DNA of 64,000 nucleotides. Source: Octopus sinensis. Taxonomy: Eukaryota. Position numbers and translations under genes: made by a program. This document shows positions 63,227 to 64,000 of this stretch, piece by piece. The notes under the pieces were generated by a model, which saw only the letters and a list, made by a program, of their open reading frames with translations, made no database searches and was not told the DNA's origin. Within the stretch, counting starts at the first letter, position 1. Each line of letters opens with the position of its first letter. The stretch covers positions 112,034,001 through 112,098,000 of the forward strand of contig NC_043003.1 in the NCBI RefSeq assembly GCF_006345805.1. The letters are read 5' to 3'.

Positions 63227-64000
63227 GATAAATTAAAATTATATATATATATATATATATGGAGAGAGAGAGAGATGGGAGATAGTTATGTATAGATCAC
63301 GATTTATTCGTAATCAGTGGCGTTCGTAAACCGACGTACTACTCTATATACTTAAGGAATAGCATTATGAAACAAAAAGAAATTACTAACAGCGGTTACA
63401 GGCGTAATAAACTGGGTGTGCAGGCTATGATATGGAAGTCGACTTGTTCGTGTGGTAGAATTCCAAATATTCCAATAGAATTCCAAATATTATAATTTCT
63501 CTTGATTATATTTAAGTTCTGAACGTTGGGTCACATCTATTATAACATAGACAGCAGCAATCTCCTGTTGTGATAAAAATGCCTGACTGACTTAGTTTTT
63601 TTTTTCATCACACTAACAAAGGAAAGATTGGCAATCGTTTATTTCGTGTGACAGGACAACGATTGAAATGTATTAGACTGTTACTTTTAATTTCCAGAGC
63701 GTAGGATCCGTTTAATTGTCTGCGTTTCTTTTAAAAACATAAACACTTCAGAAGTTTCCCTTAAAGTGTTTTACTAGCAGGTTTTCCTAGATTAATAGCT
63801 GCATAGCAAATGATTGATTTGCCGAAAGTATGACCAAAAGCAAAAGCACGTAAACTCTCAATGAACATTTTAGATTGCTATATCATATTGTAAGAAATTA
63901 ATTGTGTTCATGAAAAATATTGCTATGCAATACTGTTGCAGCCTAAACTATTTAATATATTACGGAGATGTACTCTCATAGCAAGTGATTTGATCTGAGA

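Overview
AT-rich, microsatellite-dense animal genomic DNA with no confidently identifiable host protein-coding gene. It reads as intergenic or deep intronic sequence. The repeat repertoire (tRNA-derived SINEs, (TA)n/(CATA)n/(GATA)n tracts, Penelope, R4-like, CR1, RTE and Tx1 LINEs, Tc1/mariner, pogo, MULE, Helitrons) looks like an octopus genome; this is inference from pattern recognition, not a database result. Almost all listed ORFs are microsatellite artefacts or transposon fragments. The main non-routine signal is a set of short elements bracketed by (TA)n that carry minimal hammerhead-ribozyme-like motifs with variant cores and a tiny, often self-complementary stem III (42135-42270, 45888-45984, 61371-61558). 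Further hammerhead-like relics lie at 29172-29244 and 10935-10970 (both beside Penelope fragments) and at 54354-54405. Also present are several long fold-back palindromes, a dispersed 5S rRNA pseudogene, and a few non-repetitive islands (35.4 kb, 40.5-40.9 kb, 42.3-42.75 kb, 48.6-48.85 kb) that may be regulatory. All alignments and folds were done by eye, and most element boundaries are approximate.
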